Shown here piece after piece: positions 17,771 to 27,091 of a stretch of 50,953 nucleotides of DNA. A program made the position numbers and the translations under genes. Source of the DNA: a virus (taxonomy: Duplodnaviria; Caudoviricetes); the IMG/VR virus record IMGVR_UViG_3300046508_000002, positions 1 to 50,953 of that record; one strand, written 5' to 3'. How positions within the stretch are numbered: the first letter of the stretch is position 1; every line of letters starts with the position of its first letter. The notes under the pieces are model-generated. The model was given only the letters and a program-made list of their open reading frames with translations. It was not told the origin of the DNA and searched no databases.

Positions 17771-18909
17771 CTTCTCCGATGCCAGAATTGGTTGATAAGA
17801 TTGTGGGATCGCCACACGATCTGCAATTGGATGGCACCAAAGTCGGTTGGTATAAGGACCGTGTACTGGCTTGGCAGCGCGGTGAGCGCATTGCGCCGAT
17901 CACGATGGATGTCGCGTGGACTCGCAAATGCAATGCAAGTTGCAATTTTTGTTATGCCCAGCTCCAGGCATCCGAAGGTGATGTTATCACCAAGCAGAAC
18001 GCATTGGATTTCTTGGATGATGCGGCTGAAATTGGCGTCAAGGGCATCAGCCTTATTAGCGATGGAGAAAGCACGGTTGTTCCGTGGTTTGATGAAACCA
18101 TCGAATATGGCGGAAGGCTTGGCATTCAGATTGGTATGTCATCGAATGGCGTGCGACTGACCAAGAAGGTGCTTGATCGCATACTGCCGCATCTGACCTA
18201 TTTGAGATTTAACTTTTCAGGTGGTGATCGCAAGCGATATTCGGAAATCATGGGTCTTCAGCAGCGCGATTACGACAGGGTAGTGCAGAATGTTAAGGAC
18301 GCTATGGAGATCAAGCGTCGTGACAATCTTCCTGTCAATATCAACATGCAGATGGTTCTTCTTCCGCAGGATGCTGATCAGATTATTCCGCTCGCCAAAC
18401 TCGCCAAACAAATACGTCCTGATTATCTCATCTTTAAGCATACGGCTGATAGCCGCGATGGTGATCTTGGAGTGGATTATCACAAGTACAATGCACTCTT
18501 CCCGGTTTTTGAAGAAGCGGAGGCCATGAGCGACGATACATTCCGCGTTGCCGTCAAGTGGTCACGGATCGCAGATGAAGGAAAGCGGGATTACAAACGC
18601 TGCTATGGTCCTCCGTTCATTATTCAGATGTCAGGAAATGGATTGATTGCTCCGTGCGGGCAGCTTTTCAACGAACGTTACAAGAAGTTTCATATCGGAA
18701 ATATTTGCACGGAACGATTCAGGGATATCTACCAAAGTGATCGGTACTGGGAAGTATTGAGATATCTAGCGAGCGATGAATTTGACGCGCAACGTAATTG
18801 CGGGCCCAACTGTTTACAAACGAACAGTAATTCATGGCTCGATAAGTATGTCCAGGGAAAGGTTGATTTTCCGACAACCGACCCGCCGCCGCATTTGGGT
18901 TTTCTGTGA
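17767..18909 (+). CDS. Radical SAM enzyme with SPASM/twitch-like C-terminal domain
   Basis: CNASCNFC (CxxxCxxC), SDGES, and C-terminal CYGP...APCG...IGNI...CGPNC. Confidence 0.9.
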   Translation: MTSPMPELVDKIVGSPHDLQLDGTKVGWYKDRVLAWQRGERIAPITMDVAWTRKCNASCNFCYAQLQASEGDVITKQNALDFLDDAAEIGVKGISLISDGESTVVPWFDETIEYGGRLGIQIGMSSNGVRLTKKVLDRILPHLTYLRFNFSGGDRKRYSEIMGLQQRDYDRVVQNVKDAMEIKRRDNLPVNINMQMVLLPQDADQIIPLAKLAKQIRPDYLIFKHTADSRDGDLGVDYHKYNALFPVFEEAEAMSDDTFRVAVKWSRIADEGKRDYKRCYGPPFIIQMSGNGLIAPCGQLFNERYKKFHIGNICTERFRDIYQSDRYWEVLRYLASDEFDAQRNCGPNCLQTNSNSWLDKYVQGKVDFPTTDPPPHLGFL

Positions 18910-20747
18910 AGCTCTCAGAATACGTTGCTCAGGTCGTCGCCAATATTTCTCCTCGTGTCTATGGCGTTTGCGGTGCTGGTGCTATGCACCTGAATGACGC
19001 GATAGCCAATCATCCTGGCATCAAAGTCATATCGATGCAGCACGAACAGGCTGCGGCAATGGCTGCGGAAGCCGATGCGAGGGTGACGGGGAATATCAGC
19101 GTTGTGAGCGTGACGGCTGGTCCTGGCGGAACAAATGCTATTACAGGGGTAGCAACATCGTATGTAGATTCAATCCCTATGCTGATCATAGCCGGTCAGG
19201 TCACTACAAGCACTATGATAGGCAATAGCGGGACGCGCCAAGTCGGGATGAATGAACTCGATATGGTCGCGCTGATGAAGCCGATCACAAAGTACGCGGC
19301 TACCGTTACCGATCCTTTGTCTATCAGTTCTGTTTTGGGGCGAGCGATCTATCTGGCAACGCATGGGCGTAAGGGGCCTGTGTTTATTGAAATTCCGCTT
19401 GATGTGCAGGCTGCGGAAATTGATCCTGCTGAATTAGAGGTATTCCTTCCGGCTGAGTTGTCCGTTCCCAACGACGAACAGTACATAAACGGCAAGGTTT
19501 CTGAAGTTCTATCGGCCTTGGCTGATGCGAAGAAACCAGTCGTTATCGTCGGCAACGGTGTGCGGTTGGCTGGGGCTTGTGAGGAATTCAGACGAGTTTT
19601 CTACCATCTTGGCATTCCGATAGTGTCCTCTTGGGGCGCAACGGACATCGTTCCGACAGAGCATCCATACTATATCGGTCGGTGTGGATTGTTTGGTGAT
19701 AGAGCAAGCAATTTCGCGGTGCAGGGTGCTGACCTAATCCTGGCTATTGGAACGCGATTATCTGTTGCCCAGATTGGTCACGCTCCGCAGTTGTTTGCGC
19801 CAAATGCTAAAAAGATCATCGTTGACATCGACAAGTACGAGGTCTTCCACAAGCAGACCATCAAGGCTGACATTGGCGTGATTGCTGACGCTAAGGATTT
19901 TCTTAGTCGCATGTGGCCTCGCGCTCAACTTACAAGTCAATACGAGAAGTGGCTAAAACATTGTCAGGCCATGAAGGGAAAATATCCTGCGGCTTGGTTC
20001 GCCCCGACAAGCGGCATTAGTTCATACGGATTTATTGAACAACTATCTGATCAGATCGATATAGATGCCATCGTTGTGACAGATGTCGGGTTCTGTTTTA
20101 TACCGACGATGCAAACGCTCAAACTAAAGTTGGGCCAACGATTAATTCATTCTGCCGGTGTTTCCCCAATGGGATGGGGCCTTCCTGGTGCCATTGGTGC
20201 GGCTTTTGCCGGCGGAGGAAGACCCGTCATATGTCTTACTGGGGATGGTGGGGCGATGATGAACCTGCAGGAATTACAGACCATCGCGAACCATAGATTG
20301 CCGATTGCGATCTTTGTGTTTGAGAATGATGGCTATGCCACGATGAAAATCGCGCAGAAAAATCACTTCAAACGCGAGGTTATGTCTGGTCCCCGTTCCG
20401 GGATGATCCTTCCAGACTTTACCAAGATTGCGAAGGCGTTCGGTATCTACACAATGGAGTTCAATTCGCAAAACCTGCTGGCTCATTCTATGTCAAATAT
20501 CTTCGATATATCGAGCCAAGGCCCAATCATGATTGTTATGCACATGGAGCCAGAGGAAATAATCTCTCCTCGCGTGCAGGCCAAGACAGAAAATGGAAAG
20601 TTTCTTCCGACAGATATAGCCAACCTCTGGCCGTATCTGCCGAAAAAGGAATTTGATCAAAATATGTCACATAAAACAGAGAAAGGCTTTGCTGATGTCG
20701 TCGAGCGCCTTGACGAACTTGGACAAAAAACACTGGGCACCAATTGA
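18906..20747 (+). CDS. Thiamine-diphosphate-dependent enzyme (acetolactate synthase/YerE-like carboligase)
   Basis: HEQAAAMAA, TAGPGGTN, GQV, GPVFIEIPLDVQ, and the GDGGAMMNLQEL...ENDGY ThDP motif. Confidence 0.9.
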   Translation: MKLSEYVAQVVANISPRVYGVCGAGAMHLNDAIANHPGIKVISMQHEQAAAMAAEADARVTGNISVVSVTAGPGGTNAITGVATSYVDSIPMLIIAGQVTTSTMIGNSGTRQVGMNELDMVALMKPITKYAATVTDPLSISSVLGRAIYLATHGRKGPVFIEIPLDVQAAEIDPAELEVFLPAELSVPNDEQYINGKVSEVLSALADAKKPVVIVGNGVRLAGACEEFRRVFYHLGIPIVSSWGATDIVPTEHPYYIGRCGLFGDRASNFAVQGADLILAIGTRLSVAQIGHAPQLFAPNAKKIIVDIDKYEVFHKQTIKADIGVIADAKDFLSRMWPRAQLTSQYEKWLKHCQAMKGKYPAAWFAPTSGISSYGFIEQLSDQIDIDAIVVTDVGFCFIPTMQTLKLKLGQRLIHSAGVSPMGWGLPGAIGAAFAGGGRPVICLTGDGGAMMNLQELQTIANHRLPIAIFVFENDGYATMKIAQKNHFKREVMSGPRSGMILPDFTKIAKAFGIYTMEFNSQNLLAHSMSNIFDISSQGPIMIVMHMEPEEIISPRVQAKTENGKFLPTDIANLWPYLPKKEFDQNMSHKTEKGFADVVERLDELGQKTLGTN

Positions 20748-21438
20748 ATCACTGGTTCGATGGCTCGCAAACCGGCTTCCCGCAGAAGCAAAAGTTCTTG
20801 AGATAGGGCCTGGTTTCGTTCCTTTCCCAAGGGCTACAATGTTCGTTGACTATAAGGATTTGCCTAATATACCTGCTGATAAAAAAATCAGCATTGATCT
20901 TGCTATTCAAAAACTTCCATTTGCCGACAAGAGTTTTGATTTTGTCTACTGCCGGCATGTTATCGAGGATATGTATAATCCGTTTCTGCTATGCAGCGAA
21001 ATGGAGCGCGTTGGTAAGGCTGGATACATCGAAACACCGTCTCCGATTGCAGAATTGGGACGAGGTGTTGATGGGGAGTCACCTCCGTTCCGTGGTTATC
21101 ATCACCACCGCAACATAGTTTGGGTTCATGAAGGAGAATTGAGGTTGGTTGCAAAATACCCAATTGTCGAATACTTGCGTTTCAACGAAGATGAAATAGC
21201 AAGTTCTCTACGAGAGGGTCCAAGGTTTTGGAACACATATTATTTATGGCAGGATAAAATAAATCTAAAACATATTCAAAACGGACCAGATTTTGAACTT
21301 ACTCGTGACTACTCATCGATCCTAAAGAATGCAACAGACCAATCGAAAATCTCTAGTGGAATGTTTTGGCTCTCTGTGCCGGATAAAGTTGAAATAAGCC
21401 AAGGCGCGCTGCCAAACCTTACTTCTTCCCACCCATAA
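20695..21438 (+). CDS. Class I SAM-dependent methyltransferase
   Basis: VLEIGPG motif I; LPFADKSFDFVYCRHVIED. Confidence 0.85.
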   Translation: MSSSALTNLDKKHWAPIESLVRWLANRLPAEAKVLEIGPGFVPFPRATMFVDYKDLPNIPADKKISIDLAIQKLPFADKSFDFVYCRHVIEDMYNPFLLCSEMERVGKAGYIETPSPIAELGRGVDGESPPFRGYHHHRNIVWVHEGELRLVAKYPIVEYLRFNEDEIASSLREGPRFWNTYYLWQDKINLKHIQNGPDFELTRDYSSILKNATDQSKISSGMFWLSVPDKVEISQGALPNLTSSHP

Positions 21439-21454
21439 CCAGAGAGAAACGACA

Positions 21455-22291
21455 ATGGCTAAGGATATTTTTATTTTCGTTCCGGCATTTGGTCAAACCA
21501 TCACTGCCACCACGTTCCTAGCGACGCACGCACTTCGTGCCCATCTTATGAGTAAAGGAATTGGCGGCGGTATCAGCACGTTATCGTTCCCGGACATTGC
21601 CGAATTAAGATCAATGGCGATGACAATCTGGTACGATACCATGCCAAACTCGGATTACATGCTGTTTATCGATGCCGATATGGGTTTTGCGCCCGACATC
21701 GTGACTGACATGGTGCTGTTCGACGAACCGCTGGTAGGAACAATCTATCCGCAGCGCAAAATGCCTTTGTCCTGGGCCGGATCGGGTACTGGGGCAACAA
21801 CGACCGAACGGCGCGGGAATTTTATGTTGGTTGAAGGCGTCGGTATGGGATGCACGCTGATCCGGCGCGATCTTGTCACCACAATGCTAGAAAAAATGCC
21901 TGAATTGGTTGACATGAGGCTCGCCCTTCATCCTGCTGGTGCGACTTTGCTACAAGCAGGGACAAAACGGCTGATCCGGGCATTTGAAAAACTCGATCTT
22001 CCGGAGCGCGGCCTAGTTTCGGAAGACTTGTCGTTTTGCCTGCGCTGGCAAAAGTGCGGTGGCCAAACATGGGCTTCTGTGGGGCATAGAATCAGCCATG
22101 TTGGGCCGTTTGACTATTCTGGTCGGTATCTGGACCTATTCGAGCAGCCAGCACCACAACCGATGACTGCAATAACGCCAATGGACGATAAAAGCATTGC
22201 GGCTATTGGTGTTTCTAATGGTTCCACAATACAGGAACCGCTTGCTATAGTCCCGGCCGCCCCTATTGAAGTCCTGCAAGCTGCAGAATGA
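21455..22291 (+). CDS. Phage GT-A glycosyltransferase-like protein
   Basis: MLFIDADM (DxD), GVGMGCTLIRR, SEDLSFCLRW...GG...ISHVG. Confidence 0.8.
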   Translation: MAKDIFIFVPAFGQTITATTFLATHALRAHLMSKGIGGGISTLSFPDIAELRSMAMTIWYDTMPNSDYMLFIDADMGFAPDIVTDMVLFDEPLVGTIYPQRKMPLSWAGSGTGATTTERRGNFMLVEGVGMGCTLIRRDLVTTMLEKMPELVDMRLALHPAGATLLQAGTKRLIRAFEKLDLPERGLVSEDLSFCLRWQKCGGQTWASVGHRISHVGPFDYSGRYLDLFEQPAPQPMTAITPMDDKSIAAIGVSNGSTIQEPLAIVPAAPIEVLQAAE

Positions 22292-22310
22292 AAATAGTTG
22301 TGAAATGGGC

Positions 22311-22502
22311 TTGCTTTCTTATAAAATAGCGTGAATACTACTGTTTCGCGTTCCCTCCTGCATGCCGCAGTGAGGTTGAGCCAGTCCTGATCGGCGGTGA
22401 CCGCGATCCAGGACTTTTCCACCGCAGCGAGCCGCTCCGGTTTACCCCAGGTCTCTCTTCACACGCTGGCGTGTGGACGAGCCAAGCCGAAAGACTATTC
22501 GG
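22311..22502 (+). promoter_or_regulatory. Putative capsid-operon promoter and about 160-nt structured 5' leader
   Basis: TTGCTT-17-AATACT, then four hairpins including AGTCCTG/CAGGACT, CACACG/CGTGTG, and CCGAA/TTCGG directly before ATG 22503. Confidence 0.5.
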
Positions 22503-23096
22503 ATGGCCAATACTCAAGCCCAATTTGGGTTCCAGCACTTTGGATATCTGCCGGGTGGGTCGGCGGATTATCAACTCTCCAAATATCAAATCCAGTCGTC
22601 CTACGCGACCAAGATTTATTTTGGCGATCCCGTCATCAAATCAGCGGCATCGCCTTACATCAGGCCAGCAACGGCTGGTACGGCCACCGGCACCGCTATC
22701 GTCGGCATCTTCTATGGATGTCAGTACACGCCAACGGGCGGCACACCAACTTGGTCGCCGTGGTTTCCAGCTTCAGTAGCGGCTGATGCGACGGCTTACG
22801 TTATCGACGCTCCGAATGCCCTCTTCAAAGTTGCGGCATTGCTGACGCCAATCCCGGCAACGGCGATTGGTGCCAACGTTGGGTACAGCTCTGGGGCAGG
22901 TGGCACTACTGTCGGTGGCGGTTTCTCGACCTACGTGGTTGATGAAGTTGTCTTTACTACCAGCGACCAATTCCCGTTCAAGATTGTTTCGATGTATCCC
23001 GGAATTGGAAACGGGTCCGATACGACTACGAACTACAACTGGGTCATCGTCGGCTTCAATCTGCAAACGTACAAGACTGGAACTGCCATACTCTAA
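22503..23096 (+). CDS. Putative capsid decoration/cement protein
   Basis: MANTQAQFGF...IYFGDPV...VGIFYGCQY...AYVIDAP; immediately upstream of the MCP. Confidence 0.65.
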   Translation: MANTQAQFGFQHFGYLPGGSADYQLSKYQIQSSYATKIYFGDPVIKSAASPYIRPATAGTATGTAIVGIFYGCQYTPTGGTPTWSPWFPASVAADATAYVIDAPNALFKVAALLTPIPATAIGANVGYSSGAGGTTVGGGFSTYVVDEVVFTTSDQFPFKIVSMYPGIGNGSDTTTNYNWVIVGFNLQTYKTGTAIL

Positions 23097-23101
23097 TAAT
23101 T

Positions 23102-23138
23102 GAACGCGCCGCAACAACGGCGCGTTCTTGGTTTTTCA
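23102..23138 (+). terminator. Intrinsic terminator-like hairpin immediately before the major capsid gene
   Basis: Perfect 10-bp stem GAACGCGCCG/CGGCGCGTTC, 6-nt loop, followed by TTGGTTTTTC. Confidence 0.65.
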
Positions 23139-23151
23139 ATAGGAGGCTCCC

Positions 23152-24066
23152 ATTCCCGTCGCCCTGGCAAATATACGATCAGAACTGCTCCCCGGACTAT
23201 TCGATGTTCGCGGCAGTTACGACATGATCCCGCGAGAGTGGGATAAAGTCTTCAAAACCCACAAGTCCTCGATGGCCGTCGAACGCAGCACGCAAATGGC
23301 GTTCGTCGCTCTGCCTTATCTAAAGGACGAGGGCGCGGCAACCCAGTTCGACAACGCTGCTGGCGAACGATTTACCTGGGCGTTTGTTCATATCGAAGTC
23401 GCGCTTGGATATGCGATTACGCGCAAAGCTATCGACGATCTTCTCTACAAGGCGCAGTTCAATCCTACCAATCTCAAACTGCAGGAAGCCTTCGCGCAGT
23501 TTAAGGAAATCCAGGCCGCCAATATCTTCAACCTCGGCACTACTTACAATTCGGCCCAGGTAGGTGATGGCGTGGCCTTCTTCTCGACCGCGCATCCTTA
23601 TGACGGTGGCACATGGTCAAATACATCAAGCACGCCAAAGTCTCTGAATGAATCGACGCTGCTCGCTGACATGACCAACGTCCGTGTTCAGTTCGTCAAT
23701 GAACGCGGCCTTCGCATTCTGGCGCGGGCGCGTAGGTTGGTTGTCCCGGCCAATCTGGAAGGCATTGCGATCCGTCTTACCAAGACCGAACTTCGTCCAG
23801 GCACGGCTGACAACGATGTGAACGCGATCCTGTCCCTATCGGGTGGTCTGCCGGAAGGCCACATCGTTCTCGACTTCCTGACGAGCAACTTTGCCTGGTT
23901 CCTCACGACTAACATTGAGGGGCTTATCCATATGCTCCGTATTCCTTACGAATCGGACATGTGGGTTGACAACGTAACGGACAATCTCCTTGTCAAGGCT
24001 TACGAGCGCTACTCATTTGGTATTAACGATCCGCGCGCCGCTTGGGGCGAATTCCCGACCGCATAG
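23152..24066 (+). CDS. Major capsid protein, with a proposed ATT start
   Basis: TAGGAGG-N5-ATT, in frame 24 codons upstream of the tracked ATG, gives (M)PVALANIRSELLPGLFDVRGSY. The body has ALGYAITRKAIDD, GDGVAFFSTAHP, LVVPANL and ERYSFG...PRA motifs. Confidence 0.85.
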   Translation: MPVALANIRSELLPGLFDVRGSYDMIPREWDKVFKTHKSSMAVERSTQMAFVALPYLKDEGAATQFDNAAGERFTWAFVHIEVALGYAITRKAIDDLLYKAQFNPTNLKLQEAFAQFKEIQAANIFNLGTTYNSAQVGDGVAFFSTAHPYDGGTWSNTSSTPKSLNESTLLADMTNVRVQFVNERGLRILARARRLVVPANLEGIAIRLTKTELRPGTADNDVNAILSLSGGLPEGHIVLDFLTSNFAWFLTTNIEGLIHMLRIPYESDMWVDNVTDNLLVKAYERYSFGINDPRAAWGEFPTA

Positions 24067-24082
24067 TTAGGAGCCTCGCAAC

Positions 24083-25378
24083 ATGGCTGACTCTAATTTT
24101 CGTGGCCCTATCAATTCGATGGGGGCTCTTGAGGTAAACGCGGCTACTACGGCTGTCGAAGTTCTTGACGGGCCGAGCCTGTTCTACCAGGGCGCGGCTA
24201 TCCCTGATATTCGCTCTGCTCCGTTTGCCAAAGATGGATTTCGCCCCGGTCAACAGGCGGCATTCGGCGGCTATGAAATTCCGTTAATTGATGCCATTCC
24301 GCAGAAGCTTGCTTCTAATCTTCTTGCTACAGCGCAGATTGTGACTTCGGCAATTACGGTAAGTCTTATTACAGCGCAACCTGCGGGCCTTACCAGTTCG
24401 GCTGGTATTGCTGTTGGTGTCCCGATTATTCCTCTTGGAACTACAGTCGCCACCATCGCGGCTCTAGCCCTCGACTTCGGGTTTACTACCGGAACCACGA
24501 CTACCAACAGTTCAACAGTTGTAGTTCTTGACAGTTCTGTTTTCCGTCTTGGCCAATGGATTGTCATTGGCGGCGCTGGCAATTCGACTGCATCTAGGAG
24601 CCATATTGCACAGGTCCAGTCACTAGCGACCTCACCAGCGACTGCTATTACCGTTTTGCCGGCAGTTGTTACAGGTATTTTGAATGCTCCCATTGGTCAG
24701 GCTAATTTGTGGGGCAGTTCATTGCTTCCGAACGCGACCCAATTTGGTCCGGCTGCGGCATCTGCAAATGCTCATGCTTTTGGAGGCGCGGTAGAAGGTG
24801 GGTTTGCCCGCATCTATAATCCGCGCGAGATGTCATCGCGGAACATTGCCGTTCAAGGTGTGACGGCAATCCAGGTCGCCTATAGCGCAGTGGTGTCAGG
24901 TTGGGATGTCTGGGGCGCTCCAATGACGGAAATCATCTCTGCGGCCACAGGTGTCACGTCTTTCATTGGCAAGAAGGCGTTCAAGTACATCAGCAGCATT
25001 ACTACGGGAACTACGGTTCCATCGTCGCAAACAGTCGCTTTTGGCCTTGGAGACGTTGTTGGTCTACCGCTTCGTGCCGATTACTGGGAAGAACTTTATG
25101 CTACTTGGAATGGCGTTTCGATGGCTAACTTCAGCGGGTTTGTTGCTGGTATTACTGGCACTACGGTATCTAACGGAACGGCTGACGTTCGCGGTACGTT
25201 GCAACTATCAACTTCGATTGTAACTGGCGGTCTGGCCACGGCCATGTCGGTAATAGCAAGCAACGGAACTGGACGCATATTTGTTTCAATGATGACGCCA
25301 CCTAACGTGGAAGTTCTTTCAACGCCAATCAATCAGTCGCCCAAGTTCGGCATCGCCCAATACACCGCGACGACCTGA
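24083..25378 (+). CDS. Virion structural protein (Thr/Ala/Gly-rich)
   Basis: Directly after the MCP, AGGAG SD, beta-rich composition. Confidence 0.65.
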   Translation: MADSNFRGPINSMGALEVNAATTAVEVLDGPSLFYQGAAIPDIRSAPFAKDGFRPGQQAAFGGYEIPLIDAIPQKLASNLLATAQIVTSAITVSLITAQPAGLTSSAGIAVGVPIIPLGTTVATIAALALDFGFTTGTTTTNSSTVVVLDSSVFRLGQWIVIGGAGNSTASRSHIAQVQSLATSPATAITVLPAVVTGILNAPIGQANLWGSSLLPNATQFGPAAASANAHAFGGAVEGGFARIYNPREMSSRNIAVQGVTAIQVAYSAVVSGWDVWGAPMTEIISAATGVTSFIGKKAFKYISSITTGTTVPSSQTVAFGLGDVVGLPLRADYWEELYATWNGVSMANFSGFVAGITGTTVSNGTADVRGTLQLSTSIVTGGLATAMSVIASNGTGRIFVSMMTPPNVEVLSTPINQSPKFGIAQYTATT

Positions 25379-25386
25379 TAAGGAGA

Positions 25387-25773
25387 ATGAATATGAAGAC
25401 TAAAAGCGCCAAGGTCGTTGCCCCCGTGCAGCGCGCCAAAGGTGGCCGTTCCAAAGAACCGGATTTGGTTTCTGGAAACCCCGAAGTTATTGACGAAGCC
25501 GAAGAGGACAAGACCGGCGACGAAGATACTGTTTCCGAGTTGGAAGGCCGTCATGGCAAGAAACGCGGCGGTAAGGCCAAGCGCAAGACAGGTGGCAAGG
25601 TCATAGGTCTTATGACGGGCGGCAAAGTCCGCCCGCGCCTTGATCGCCCTGGCCGTAAGGCTGGTGGTGGGGTTGGGGCTAATTCATCTCCGTTATCGAC
25701 CGCGCATAATTCTTCTGGCGGCACCAGCGGTTCGTCCGATCCGACCGACAGCTATGGCGGGACGCCTAAATAG
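25387..25773 (+). CDS. Basic protein with repeated (R/K)xxGG motifs
   Basis: RAKGGRS, KKRGGKA, RKTGGKV, RKAGGGV; AAGGAG SD. Confidence 0.7.
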   Translation: MNMKTKSAKVVAPVQRAKGGRSKEPDLVSGNPEVIDEAEEDKTGDEDTVSELEGRHGKKRGGKAKRKTGGKVIGLMTGGKVRPRLDRPGRKAGGGVGANSSPLSTAHNSSGGTSGSSDPTDSYGGTPK

Positions 25774-25776
25774 GTC

Positions 25777-26025
25777 ATGGCTAAACTGTCGGCCAAGCGG
25801 AGGAACGCTTTACCAGCGAAATCTTTCGCGGGGCCTGACCGTTCCTACCCCGTGGAAGATGCAAGTCACGCCAGAAATGCTTTAGCCCGTGTTTCTCAGC
25901 ACGGTTCTTCTGCGTTGAAGGCAAAGGTTCGCTCCAAGGTTAAAAAGAAATTCCCCGGCATCGCTATGAAAATGGATGGCGGCGCGGTTCATCAAAGGAT
26001 GGACCGGGCATCGCGCAGGACATAG
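25777..26025 (+). CDS. Small basic phage protein (DUF6582-like)
   Basis: AKLSAKRRNALPAKSFAGPDRSYPVEDASHARNALAR pattern; family name recalled from memory. Confidence 0.65.
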   Translation: MAKLSAKRRNALPAKSFAGPDRSYPVEDASHARNALARVSQHGSSALKAKVRSKVKKKFPGIAMKMDGGAVHQRMDRASRRT

Positions 26026-26034
26026 GATTTTTCC

Positions 26035-26385
26035 ATGGGCATGCCGACTTTAATCACACAGAACGGGACCGGCACATCTGCAATCTGGCAACCGGATTGG
26101 ATGCAGAACCCGTTCAATATTTCTATCGGTACGATTTGTAACAGCACGGCGAGTTATCAAATCCTGGCTACCATGGATAACCTTGACCTCTCTGGTCTTG
26201 GAACGTCGGCTCACACTGCCGGTAACGCCACATGGTATCCAATCGCGACTACGGTATTATTTCAAGCCAGCACCACGATGAACGTGCAGTTTCCCGTTAC
26301 GGGACTTCAAGTTAGTATTGTAACTGCTGGTGCTGTTACTTCCGCCGTCTCTGTAAACTTCATGCAAGCAACATACGGAAGATAA
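26035..26385 (+). CDS. Hypothetical virion protein
   Basis: Co-oriented, AGGA SD, beta-rich. Confidence 0.65.
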   Translation: MGMPTLITQNGTGTSAIWQPDWMQNPFNISIGTICNSTASYQILATMDNLDLSGLGTSAHTAGNATWYPIATTVLFQASTTMNVQFPVTGLQVSIVTAGAVTSAVSVNFMQATYGR

Positions 26386-26388
26386 GCC

Positions 26389-26991
26389 ATGGGCATCGGC
26401 GGTACTGGCCTTTCTGGAGAACCACCTGTGGTGCCTTCCGAATTGGATGCCATATATCAGGGTGGTGATTTTTTCCTTGAACGTATGAAAGCAATGATTG
26501 ATGCAAAGGTAAATGTTGATGCTTCCCTTAAGGCTCTTAATCTAGGAAACGATGTTGTCTCAGCTAAGACACAGGCTGTTGCCGCCTTGGAGGCCGCCAA
26601 CGCTGTTGCTACTAAGGCGAAGGATGATGCAGCGCACGCTCTAGCTGATGCCCAGGATCAGGCAGCAAAGATTGTGGCCGATGCAAAGGCGAAGGCTGTT
26701 GGTATTGTAGATGCTGCTAATTTGTCCGCCTTAAACATCAAGACAGATGCCGATATCTATAAAAAAAATAATGACGCCGCGTGTGCGGATAGTCTAGCTA
26801 AGGCTGACGCCGCGTTAGCAGATGCCGTTTCTCAACAACGGGCTATTACGGCACAGACCGCCGCAGCCAAGCAGGCGCAGGATGCCGCTGTAGCCGCGCA
26901 AGCCAATGCTGATGCGGCTATTCAGGCGGCACAAGATGCACAGAAGCTTTACCAAAGCAAGGTCGCGAAGTTGCAGGCCGCTATCGGTTAG
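26389..26991 (+). CDS. Ala-rich coiled-coil protein
   Basis: 200 aa with heptad-like Ala/Gln/Lys composition. Confidence 0.7.
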   Translation: MGIGGTGLSGEPPVVPSELDAIYQGGDFFLERMKAMIDAKVNVDASLKALNLGNDVVSAKTQAVAALEAANAVATKAKDDAAHALADAQDQAAKIVADAKAKAVGIVDAANLSALNIKTDADIYKKNNDAACADSLAKADAALADAVSQQRAITAQTAAAKQAQDAAVAAQANADAAIQAAQDAQKLYQSKVAKLQAAIG

Positions 26992-27091
26992 GCTGCAATC
27001 TAGCCGTCTCAAAAATATTTAGTAATAAAGGGAACATTCATTCATGACTGTTCGCCGCCATGCCGTTGTTCAAGGAACGGAATGAATTCTG

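Noticed and set aside
18906-20747. Acetolactate synthase as a branched-chain amino-acid auxiliary metabolic gene
   Set aside because: There is no regulatory subunit or other ilv gene, and it is embedded among sugar-nucleotide genes, so a YerE-like role fits better.
22341-22502. tRNA or tmRNA gene
   Set aside because: No cloverleaf, TTC T-loop or CCA end could be identified.
23224-23226. Tracked ATG as the MCP start (likewise 43175 for the ejection protein)
   Set aside because: There is no convincing SD in front of it, whereas a perfect SD with an in-frame ATT lies upstream and restores a typical N-terminus.
26985-27020. Hairpin after the coiled-coil gene as a terminator
   Set aside because: The stem is weak with a G-U pair and there is no proper U-tract on the coding strand.
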